A stretch of 64,000 bases of DNA from NCBI GenBank assembly GCA_964448075.1, contig CAYUUR010000002.1, positions 222,010-286,009 on the forward strand. Reading direction: 5' to 3'. The DNA comes from an uncultured Candidatus Saccharibacteria bacterium. Its GTDB lineage: Bacteria > Patescibacteriota > Saccharimonadia > Saccharimonadales > CAYUUR01. The notes under the pieces were generated by a model. The model did no database searches and was not told the DNA's origin. It was given only the letters and a program-made list of their open reading frames with translations. This document shows positions 42,496-50,213 of the stretch, piece after piece (the stretch's first letter is position 1; each line of letters starts with the position of its first letter). Position numbers and translations under genes: made by a program.

Positions 42496-42570
42496 TGGTA
42501 GCGCAGGTACGGTCGAATTGGAGCGAAATAATCACTGAAGTGTGTCGATGGAGCCTAGATTAGCAACCTA
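42496..42570 (-). repeat. pseudo-tRNA box, copy B
   Basis: TGGTAGCGCAGGTACGGTCGAATTGGAGCG differs at 1 position from copy A over 30 nt. It is preceded on the + strand by a hairpin. Confidence 0.45.
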
Positions 42571-42635
42571 AACCAGCTATAAAATAAAACGTAAGGGTTT
42601 ACAAATACCGGGTATTGTAGTAAAATGTTGCAATC

Positions 42636-42752
42636 ATGAAACGATATAGCCCATATCAGCTATCGACAACAACCCGTGTGAACGGCGTTGCTGCTATTGG
42701 CGTCTTCGCAATGGATGTCGAAGCAATGGGCATATCGGATCTCGTTATCTAA
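42636..42752 (+). CDS. candidate 38-aa peptide with own promoter and terminator
   Basis: A TGTAGTAAAAT box lies 9 nt upstream. The peptide reads MKRYSPYQLSTTTRVNGVAAIGVFAMDVEAMGISDLVI. A terminator follows at 42777-42800. Confidence 0.3.
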   Translation: MKRYSPYQLSTTTRVNGVAAIGVFAMDVEAMGISDLVI

Positions 42753-42776
42753 ACAAACAACCTTAGGTCATGATAT

Positions 42777-42800
42777 GCCTCCGCAACAGGAGGCTTTTTT
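42777..42800 (+). terminator. intrinsic terminator
   Basis: GCCTCC-GCAACA-GGAGGC followed by TTTTTT. Confidence 0.7.
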
Positions 42801-42884
42801 CGTTTCAAGGATATTAACAAAGCTGATCGGAGGCATTTCAGGTCTTAAGCAAGACCGATAAATAACTAATCAAAGGAGTCCATC

Positions 42885-44045
42885 ATGGACCACTATAAAC
42901 AAAATGCCAAATTGCTTGCATGGTTTGCTCCCTTTCGGAGCTTGTCAGTTAGCGCAGCTTTTTTGGTTCCATTCTTTTTAGAGAAGGGACTATCACAGGC
43001 CGAGATATTTGCACTGCAGTCTATTTTTTCTGTGGCGTATTTGCTGTGGGAAATACCAAGTGGTTTCCTGGCCGATAAGTTCGGACGCGCTCTTAGTATT
43101 AAGCTAAGCGCCCCTCTGGCCGCGGTCAGTATGGTAGCGTACGGCTTTAGTGACCACATGTGGCAGTTCATCCTTTGTGAGCTTTGTTTGGCAATCGCAA
43201 ACGGACTGATAAGCGGTGCGGACGTGGCGCTATTGTACGACTCATTGAAAGCCGATGGAAAAGAGCAGGACTTTACTAAGTGGAAGCGCCGTATGGATGC
43301 GCTGGGTTTTGCTTCTGTGGCAGTGGCTGTGCCAATCGCAATACTTCTAGTCAGCCGTGTTGGTGTTGCCGCTACGTTAGTCGCGGACGGTATGCTAACT
43401 TTTGTAGGGCTGCTCTTTGTTTTGCGACTGCACGAGCCGCCAGTGCATAGCATCGAGTTAGAGCAAGTTGAAGAATCGGCATTTAAGGCTGCGGTCAAAC
43501 TGCTGAGAAACGCCAGAGCTCGATGGCTCATGATATTGAGCGCCGCGTTGAGCGCATCAACCTACTTTGCATTCTGGTTGTCCGCACCCTACTACGAAAG
43601 TATAGGGCTGCCGCTCGCAAGCTTTAGCGTGGTCTTTGCTGTTAGAAGTTTGTGGAAGGCGTGGCTTGCGCACCACTTTAGTGCAGACCGGCATGGCTTA
43701 AAGGCTATGTGGTCATATATTGGGCTTGTGGCGGTCGCTTACGTTGCGATGGCGAGTGCTCAACCGTGGTTGTTTTGGGCGATTTTGGGTTTTGACGTTG
43801 TTCAGGCATTGCATTCTCAGCCAATCCTCAAAAAACTCAACGAGTTTATGGTTGCTGAATACCGTGCAACACTGAATAGCCTTTCATCGCTTGTAAATAG
43901 AGTCGTATTTGCAGTCTTTGGTCCGCTGCTCGGTTTTGTTGTTGACTCTCAGGGCCTAAGGGTCGGCCTGCTTAGTGTGGCGTGCGTAGGAGCTTTTGCA
44001 GCAGCGCTAGCGCTTGTAAGGCTCAAGAAATTGCATGCACTTTAG
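42885..44045 (+). CDS. MFS transporter
   Basis: 386 aa with about 12 TM helices, a GFLADKFGR motif-A-like loop and an AAAGGAG SD. Confidence 0.8.
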   Translation: MDHYKQNAKLLAWFAPFRSLSVSAAFLVPFFLEKGLSQAEIFALQSIFSVAYLLWEIPSGFLADKFGRALSIKLSAPLAAVSMVAYGFSDHMWQFILCELCLAIANGLISGADVALLYDSLKADGKEQDFTKWKRRMDALGFASVAVAVPIAILLVSRVGVAATLVADGMLTFVGLLFVLRLHEPPVHSIELEQVEESAFKAAVKLLRNARARWLMILSAALSASTYFAFWLSAPYYESIGLPLASFSVVFAVRSLWKAWLAHHFSADRHGLKAMWSYIGLVAVAYVAMASAQPWLFWAILGFDVVQALHSQPILKKLNEFMVAEYRATLNSLSSLVNRVVFAVFGPLLGFVVDSQGLRVGLLSVACVGAFAAALALVRLKKLHAL

Positions 44046-44131
44046 TAGAAACCAGCTTCCTGACGAGGAGGCTGGTTCGCCCTTTTCAAACAATAAAACA
44101 ACCATCATCCGCAAGTCATAATGCTTATGCT

Positions 44132-44205
44132 TGGTAGCGTACGTAAAATCGGACTGGAACCTAATCTGTACCGAGCTTAACAGATGGAAGCAGGCATTAG
44201 GGGTC
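44132..44205 (-). repeat. pseudo-tRNA box, copy C
   Basis: On the - strand it ends ...TAGGTTCCAGTCCGATTTTACGTACGCTACCA. Its T-loop region is the closest to that of the authentic tRNA-fMet (CAGGTTCGAGTCCTG). Confidence 0.45.
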
Positions 44206-44243
44206 GTACCAGAGTCCCGTTAGGATGGCGTACAAGATTAAGC

Positions 44244-45911
44244 TTACTTAGATATTGTGATTTGCCTTTTTTGTCGCAAGACAAAGGACAGACCAAGGCC
44301 TAAAAGTGAAATTGCAACGAGACCAGAAGTGCTGGCATTACTTCCGGTATCGGCAAGTGTCGCGTCGGTATCAGCAACTGCAAGTCCGACAGGGTCAGCA
44401 ATTTCTCCGACGTCTGGGTCCAGATCAAGCGGACCGTTATCGACAATGTTGTAGGTTACCAGCAGTGCAGGCTTGCCATCATATGTCGTCTCGCTGACTT
44501 CGGCATCTTCAATGGTCGAATATTGGTTGTTGCCTGGGTTGTATTTGCGCACAAGCACTTCATCGGGCTTCAAGTTGGTTACAAAAAGCAGTGAAATCTC
44601 GTTGTTGGATTCTGCGCCGCTAAAGCAAAAGTCTACCAGCCCAAGCGGATAGGTATAGTCACCATCTTGGGCATCCAGGCCTGATTCTTTGGCGGCCGAA
44701 GAGCAGGTAATGGTGGTGCCTTCTGGGGTGGTGATAGTAATGGCTTTGCCGTTCTCTGCATTGCCAAGTATTACAGATGGCACTTCAACTGACTCGACAA
44801 AGTTAAGGTAGGCTGCGTCTTCCGATGCGACAAGTATCCTCGATCCGTCACTATTCAAATCGGCTGCTTTCCAGTAGTTGCTGTCTTCACCACTGCTGGG
44901 ATCTTCTTCATTCCAGGTTTCACCAGCATCATTGGATACATGAAACTTATTATTGTCATTATCAACGAGTGCGAGCGTTGAACCATCATCCGACAGGTCT
45001 AAATCTTCCCAGTCTGATGCCAGCTCATCATTTGGGCTAATATCACTCCAGCTGCTGCCATCATTATTAGACATGTATACCGAATCGATGTGGCCATAAG
45101 CAAAGCCTACGGTTGCAACGGCTATGGTGTTTCCGTCGGCTGATATCGCAGGGCTTAAGGTGTGGACTTCATCTTCCACGGCGGGGTCTATCTGTGCCCA
45201 GGTATCGCCACTATCTTCAGATATAAACAGGTGCGTATAGGTATCATCACCATTTTCTCCGCCAACAAGTATCTTCTCGCCATTATCGGATATTGCAATG
45301 TTTTTACCGCGCAATGCGGTGTCGTCATACGGACTCGTCGTCCAGTCGGCGCCATTGTTTTCTGAAATGTAAACATCGCCACTGCCAACCGTTACCGCCG
45401 CTATAGTAGTGCCATCACCAGAGACAACAATATCAGACCAGTCGTCCGTATCTGCCGGCGAAACATCACTCCAGCTGGTGCCGCCGTTGGTTGAAGCGAA
45501 GATTTTACCTTCTATATAGCCTAGTTCGCTATCCAAAGTATCTTGGCTTACTGCAACCATGGTTTGGCCGTTGTTCGATACGTCGACAGCCGTCCATCTG
45601 TTTATATTGCCGGGGTCAGCTTCTTCTGCAACGTTCTGCCAGCTTGCACCGTAATTTGCAGAGATATACAGCCCAGTACCGCTTTCACCACCGCTTACCA
45701 TCAGGTCACTGCCGCTTGCAGACATGGCTGCTGACGAAAGGAATTGGTCCCCAACTACATCAATGCCTTCTTGCTTGATCCAATCATGCTGGTTGGCGGC
45801 TAATACTGCCGCCGGAATGACCGAATGCGCTGCCATGAGGGCTGTTGATGCAGTGGCTCCGGCTACAATATATTTGTTGGATTTCTTTTGGACCGTTCCA
45901 AACTTCGTCAC
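44244..45911 (-). CDS. LADTG-anchored surface protein with BNR/Asp-box (sortilin/sialidase-like) beta-propeller repeats
   Basis: GTG start. At least six S-x-D/N-x-G-x-(S/T)-W boxes are present (SANYGASW, STNGGTSW, SENNGADW, SEDSGDTW, SNNDGSSW, SNDAGETW). The C-terminus is LADTG + hydrophobic + RQKRQ. Confidence 0.85.
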   Translation of the reverse strand: MTKFGTVQKKSNKYIVAGATASTALMAAHSVIPAAVLAANQHDWIKQEGIDVVGDQFLSSAAMSASGSDLMVSGGESGTGLYISANYGASWQNVAEEADPGNINRWTAVDVSNNGQTMVAVSQDTLDSELGYIEGKIFASTNGGTSWSDVSPADTDDWSDIVVSGDGTTIAAVTVGSGDVYISENNGADWTTSPYDDTALRGKNIAISDNGEKILVGGENGDDTYTHLFISEDSGDTWAQIDPAVEDEVHTLSPAISADGNTIAVATVGFAYGHIDSVYMSNNDGSSWSDISPNDELASDWEDLDLSDDGSTLALVDNDNNKFHVSNDAGETWNEEDPSSGEDSNYWKAADLNSDGSRILVASEDAAYLNFVESVEVPSVILGNAENGKAITITTPEGTTITCSSAAKESGLDAQDGDYTYPLGLVDFCFSGAESNNEISLLFVTNLKPDEVLVRKYNPGNNQYSTIEDAEVSETTYDGKPALLVTYNIVDNGPLDLDPDVGEIADPVGLAVADTDATLADTGSNASTSGLVAISLLGLGLSFVLRQKRQITISK

Positions 45912-45998
45912 AATTTGAATCTCTCTACTTATTACTTATGCTTAAGTATACGGCAGTACTAAGGTCGAAACAACTGTTTGAAAGATGATTTACGATGG

Positions 45999-47042
45999 TT
46001 ATTGCTTATCGGATTGAATTGCTTCTAACTGCGAAAAAAGCTTAGACAGGCGAAAACGGTACGTGCCTGATTCTATGGCAAAAAGTCCATATTCAGGTGG
46101 CAAAACTTCTTCGGCATGTGCCATAAGTATGTTGTCACTCGGCTCAATCGTTTTTCCGACCAGTTCCGTCAACGTACGTGCAATAACGAGCTGTTTTTCT
46201 CGGTATAACCGCGGAAGCTCCCTGGGCTCAAAAGTTTCATATAGCATTAGTGTTGTCATGAGCGCCGGCACCGACTTAAACCACATGGTGCTGACCATTG
46301 AACCAACAGCTTCTCTTGTGTAAGCAACACCAGTGTAGCGATGGTTAAAGACACCAAAAATCTTGGAAGGAGAGGTAAGCATTGCTTTGATGTTTGGCGC
46401 GGATACGTCGAGGGGGTGTTCGTCAGGCGTCAAGCCGCCATAGGCATAATCGAGTACGACTTCATGCCCCGCCTCAATAAATTGCTGCAAGGCATAGTCG
46501 TCATACCAGTTGCCGTCTATGGCGCTTGGATTGGACAAAAACCACACCCTGCCATCTACGGGATCGCCAGTTGCTTCAATGTTTGGAACAGAATGAACTG
46601 GTATATTCAATCCAATTGCCTCCAGAATATAGCCATCGTAGTCGCCTTGCACAAAACCAAGCTCGGTCATTTCGCCCGAGCGTGACCAACCTGCCATCAA
46701 ACGAAAGATTGCATCTGCAGATCCATGGGTTGCGTATTGGTTTTCAAAACCTGCCAACCCAGACAGTAGCGGTTCGTTTCGTTCGGTAATTCGCGATGTT
46801 ACTGGTTCTTGCAAATGTTCAAAGTCAACATATCCGTTCTGGTCTGTTGGTATTTCAAGGTCGTGAGTAAAGTGGTATCCGCCTTCATCAAGCAGCTCTC
46901 TCGCCTCGGGAACGGTCAGCGTGCTCATGTGAAAAGTCTCTGGCAGGCGCAAGCTTCCCACTAGTTCGCGAACCTCTGGGAAGGGATAGCAAAGGACGGG
47001 CACGATCAAATCATTCGGCTCAACAATAAGTCGCTCGCTCAT
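45999..47042 (-). CDS. PLP-dependent aminotransferase-fold protein (class I/II-like)
   Basis: LTSPSKIFGVFNHRYTGVAY fits the S-x-S-K..G..G-x-R-x-G PLP-lysine motif. I chose the start at the ATG 47042, which forms an ATGA overlap with the upstream stop codon. Confidence 0.6.
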   Translation of the reverse strand: MSERLIVEPNDLIVPVLCYPFPEVRELVGSLRLPETFHMSTLTVPEARELLDEGGYHFTHDLEIPTDQNGYVDFEHLQEPVTSRITERNEPLLSGLAGFENQYATHGSADAIFRLMAGWSRSGEMTELGFVQGDYDGYILEAIGLNIPVHSVPNIEATGDPVDGRVWFLSNPSAIDGNWYDDYALQQFIEAGHEVVLDYAYGGLTPDEHPLDVSAPNIKAMLTSPSKIFGVFNHRYTGVAYTREAVGSMVSTMWFKSVPALMTTLMLYETFEPRELPRLYREKQLVIARTLTELVGKTIEPSDNILMAHAEEVLPPEYGLFAIESGTYRFRLSKLFSQLEAIQSDKQ

Positions 47043-47716
47043 GTCTTCGTTCCTTGCGGTTTGGGTTTTTGGATATTTTGCATTTCGATCTTGCAGGTTT
47101 TGCACTCGCCGCATTCAATTGGCTTGCCGCGGACGTATCGCGGGGTCCGGCATGACCATGTCAGGGCGGCTAATTCTGGTGGCAGCGTTTTGTAGACCTC
47201 GGCTTTGGTGAGGTGGCTGTGCGGGTATTCTTTGATGCGAGCACTGTGGTCGTCTTCGTCAGGATGATAGGCGTTATGCATACGTTTTCCGCGCATAACG
47301 GAACCACTAACGCCGAGGTCAAAATCAGTCTTGGTAGCGGCAATCACCACTTTGGTAATGCTTGGGTCTCGAGATGTCATGTAGCCGGTGATAAAGCCCA
47401 TGACCTCAACATCATAAAGAAAGTGATTGCCAAAGTGCGGGGTATTGATGGTCGATTCGCTTGTAGTGAAAGGGGTTGGAGCGTGTCTACGCATGTATTC
47501 ATATATCGCTTGCACGGCTGCAGCCTCAGCCTGCCACCGCCTTTCGACATTCTTGATATGGATGTGATGAACGTGCACCTCGCCATAATCTTTAGGATGG
47601 TTGAGTACATGCCACAGTGCGGCCGTCGAATCCATGCCACCAGAAAACATCACCAGCGTGCGCTGCTTCTGCTTGCGCCGCGGTTTGCTTGCCTGCCTCT
47701 TTGCCTTTTCCACCAT
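47039..47716 (-). CDS. QueC-like PP-loop ATPase (7-cyano-7-deazaguanine synthase family)
   Basis: LVMFSGGMDSTAAL is an SGGxDS PP-loop. C-x12-CGECKTC near the C-terminus resembles the QueC zinc site. The gene has its own TATACT promoter and a GAGGGA SD. Confidence 0.65.
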   Translation of the reverse strand: MVEKAKRQASKPRRKQKQRTLVMFSGGMDSTAALWHVLNHPKDYGEVHVHHIHIKNVERRWQAEAAAVQAIYEYMRRHAPTPFTTSESTINTPHFGNHFLYDVEVMGFITGYMTSRDPSITKVVIAATKTDFDLGVSGSVMRGKRMHNAYHPDEDDHSARIKEYPHSHLTKAEVYKTLPPELAALTWSCRTPRYVRGKPIECGECKTCKIEMQNIQKPKPQGTKT

Positions 47717-47766
47717 CTGACTAGATGTCCCTCATAAGTAGTTTTCAGTATACAGCAATAGATGTT

Positions 47767-48342
47767 CTAATCTTGTCTGATGTGGTTGGCAATGTATTCC
47801 TTGCCAGAAGTAATGGCCTCAACAATACCGCTGACATGATCCTGACCACCTACGATTAGTCCTTCTGCGCCCGGCAAAACTGCATCTGCTGGCGCAACGA
47901 CTTCATCTGTCGGTGGATGAACACAGAGTATTCGAGGCAGTAATTCGCCATGCAGTGCTGGTAAGTCTGCGGCAAACACATCTGAAGAAATCACCAAATT
48001 CGGGAGCTGTTCTTGAGACGCTGCGCTCAGTATGTACGGATCGACCTTACTGCTAATGGTCACTACCCGGTGGAGTACATCAGCATGTCGGGCGAGTAAG
48101 CTCAAAGCAACTTTCCCGCCACCGCTTTCTCCCACCACAGACACCCGCTTGCCCTGCTGGGCGAGGTGCACTGCCCGCTGACCAATTTCTTGGAGCCGCA
48201 TGTGGTAGTTTGACTTGGTCCAGTCGATACGCTGGAACTCTACTTTCAGACCCAATGGTGCCCAAAGCCTGGGCACATCCTCGCGCTCCTTCGGCACATT
48301 CCCCACGCCTGGGATGTAGAGCACGTGTTCACCTCTTTTCAT
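47767..48342 (-). CDS. alpha/beta-hydrolase fold protein
   Basis: VVGESGGGKVAL is a G-x-S-x-G nucleophile elbow. The length is about 191 aa from the ATG at 48342. Confidence 0.6.
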   Translation of the reverse strand: MKRGEHVLYIPGVGNVPKEREDVPRLWAPLGLKVEFQRIDWTKSNYHMRLQEIGQRAVHLAQQGKRVSVVGESGGGKVALSLLARHADVLHRVVTISSKVDPYILSAASQEQLPNLVISSDVFAADLPALHGELLPRILCVHPPTDEVVAPADAVLPGAEGLIVGGQDHVSGIVEAITSGKEYIANHIRQD

Positions 48343-48368
48343 CAGCACATGATAACAAACAACTACAC

Positions 48369-48385
48369 AGGACTCGAACCTAATT
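48369..48385 (-). repeat. isolated tRNA T-arm fragment
   Basis: CAGGACTCGAACCT is identical over 14 nt to the T-arm of tRNA-fMet at 51664-51677, in the same orientation. No acceptor or anticodon arms are present. Confidence 0.4.
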
Positions 48386-48402
48386 AACAGAGGTGATATT
48401 TT

Positions 48403-48443
48403 CAGAAATAAAAAGAGGTAAATCTTGGAACCAATTTACCTCT
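48403..48443 (-). terminator. intrinsic terminator of pilin gene 48549..49262
   Basis: On the - strand, AGAGGTAAAT-loop-ATTTACCTCT is followed by TTTTATTT. Confidence 0.65.
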
Positions 48444-48455
48444 GTATCTTGCACT

Positions 48456-48530
48456 TGGTAGCCCAGGTTCGGTCGGATTGGAACGAAGTATTTGCGGAGT
48501 TGAATAGGTGGATGCGGCTTTCTGGTGATG
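48456..48530 (-). repeat. pseudo-tRNA box, copy D
   Basis: TGGTAGCCCAGGTTCGGTCGGATTGGAACG lies between the pilin stop codon and its terminator. Confidence 0.45.
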
Positions 48531-48548
48531 TGCTGGTATGAAACCGAT

Positions 48549-49262
48549 CTATTTGATCACGACAGAGTTCGCGATATCTTTAACTTTGGATTCGTATTCT
48601 TGGAAATCATAGGTCTTGCCACCGTAAGGCTTATATTCTTCGCCGCTATACTCAGAGCCAGTAAAATCATACCTTGTTCTTGCTGACACATATACAATCT
48701 TGCCCTGTGCTGAGATGATATAGTAAACGTCTTCAATGCCGCCGTGTTCTTGCCTAGTGAATTTAAGATAATACGCCAAATTGCCATTTATAGGTTCCTC
48801 AGATGTTATATCGTTTTCAGAAGGATAGCCTATTGAAGCTCCACCATCGGTTGAGTTTGCCCACTCCTGAGGAGTCTGGTCTTGCGGGTTATCAAACACG
48901 CATACGTCTACAGAAAAACTTGGTTCTTTTGAATCCTCCGATTTCTTAACAGGCAGTAACTCCACTGAATCCAAAACTTTCTCGTTACCAAATATGGGAG
49001 CACCCTGTTTGCAGCCTACATTACCTTGTGCCCAAGCTTCAGGAGCTTCAAAAGAAACGGCATCATCTGCAAGGGTTATTTTTTGGGTTGGGAGTTTTTG
49101 CTCCGTTTCTTGTGCTTGTGTTTGATTTGTCGAGTTACCAGGTGACTTGTTGTTTTGCCGTTGCCATACAAACCAGCCGATTCCACACGCGAGAACGACA
49201 ACAACTGCGACTACCAATACTTCTACTATACTAAAGCCCTTTTGATTCAACTTTTTCATCAA
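48549..49262 (-). CDS. type IV pilin-like protein
   Basis: MMKKLNQKG|FSIVEVLVVAVVVVLACGIGWFV with Glu at +5. Confidence 0.85.
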   Translation of the reverse strand: MMKKLNQKGFSIVEVLVVAVVVVLACGIGWFVWQRQNNKSPGNSTNQTQAQETEQKLPTQKITLADDAVSFEAPEAWAQGNVGCKQGAPIFGNEKVLDSVELLPVKKSEDSKEPSFSVDVCVFDNPQDQTPQEWANSTDGGASIGYPSENDITSEEPINGNLAYYLKFTRQEHGGIEDVYYIISAQGKIVYVSARTRYDFTGSEYSGEEYKPYGGKTYDFQEYESKVKDIANSVVIK

Positions 49263-49278
49263 GAGTTCCTATTATTAA

Positions 49279-49295
49279 CTACCATAAGCATAATA
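49279..49295 (-). promoter_or_regulatory. pilin promoter motif (TATTATGCTTATGGTAG on - strand)
   Basis: Conserved with 40231-40247 and 42433-42449. An AGGAAC SD lies downstream. Confidence 0.5.
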
Positions 49296-49349
49296 CTTTC
49301 CTCATCAATAAAAAAGACCTCCCAGAAGAGAGGCCATAATACTTATGCT

Positions 49350-49425
49350 TGGTAGCCCAGGTTCACTCGAATTGGAACGTGACTAGCGTGGAGTTAGCGA
49401 GATGGATAAGGCTATCTGCTCAAAT
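49350..49425 (-). repeat. pseudo-tRNA box, copy E
   Basis: TGGTAGCCCAGGTTCACTCGAATTGGAACG. The downstream GCGAGATGG aligns with GCGAGCTGC in the tRNA-fMet D arm. Confidence 0.45.
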
Positions 49426-49478
49426 AACACATGTAGCTACCCAACCAGTTATTACTTGAACCTATAGTCAATAGTGCT

Positions 49479-50147
49479 TTACTCGCTTATAGCCTCAAGG
49501 TTGTCGGGCAGGATTTTGGAGATTTCTTGCTTCAGGGCAGAAACTTCGGCAGCTTCATCTTCAGTATCACTGCACTGTGCTTGGCCTCCAGCAATAAAGA
49601 AGTAATACTCACCGATCTTCTTGCTATCTTTTTTAATCACAGCTGCGGCAGGATCAGATGCTAAATCCTCCGTCGTGTATCGAGTTAATGCCATTGGAGA
49701 GACCTTTTCAGCGGCACAATCTGTATCTTTTAGTCCCGTGAGAGAGAAGTAGGCTGTCTTGCCTTCGTTACCGATCGAGTAGTAAAGGTTCTTTAGAGTC
49801 GGGTTAGTTTTGAACTTGACGCCCAGCTGCTTAATTTCAAAGTATTCCGTTGTAGCTTTTGCCGCAGAGTCGCTATTGGCTTCTGTTGTTTTTGCAGATG
49901 CCTCCGTCGTTTGCTTTTCTAGCTCAGTAACTTTTGCTTCACTTGCACTGAGCTTTGTTGAAAGATCATCAATCTTAGACTGTTGCAAAAAATAGGCACC
50001 AGCAAATGCAGCGGCACCGACTAGCAGCACCATTAGCACGACCAGGGCTAGCTTCTTTTTACTTGTTTCTGGTTTTGAGCCAGCGCTTTGTGAGTGCATA
50101 TTGTTTGTTTCGAGCGGAACGTTTGATTGTAGTTGTTGTTCATCCAT
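49479..50147 (-). CDS. membrane-anchored coiled-coil protein, hypothetical
   Basis: 222 aa with a TM helix (LALVVLMVLLVGAAAFAGAYFL), a short coiled coil and a globular C-terminus. Confidence 0.55.
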   Translation of the reverse strand: MDEQQLQSNVPLETNNMHSQSAGSKPETSKKKLALVVLMVLLVGAAAFAGAYFLQQSKIDDLSTKLSASEAKVTELEKQTTEASAKTTEANSDSAAKATTEYFEIKQLGVKFKTNPTLKNLYYSIGNEGKTAYFSLTGLKDTDCAAEKVSPMALTRYTTEDLASDPAAAVIKKDSKKIGEYYFFIAGGQAQCSDTEDEAAEVSALKQEISKILPDNLEAISE

Positions 50148-50213
50148 GAATTTACTATAACTAAAGTAAGCGTAAATAGAAAGGACGAGGCATACACATA
50201 AGTATGGTTGTCG

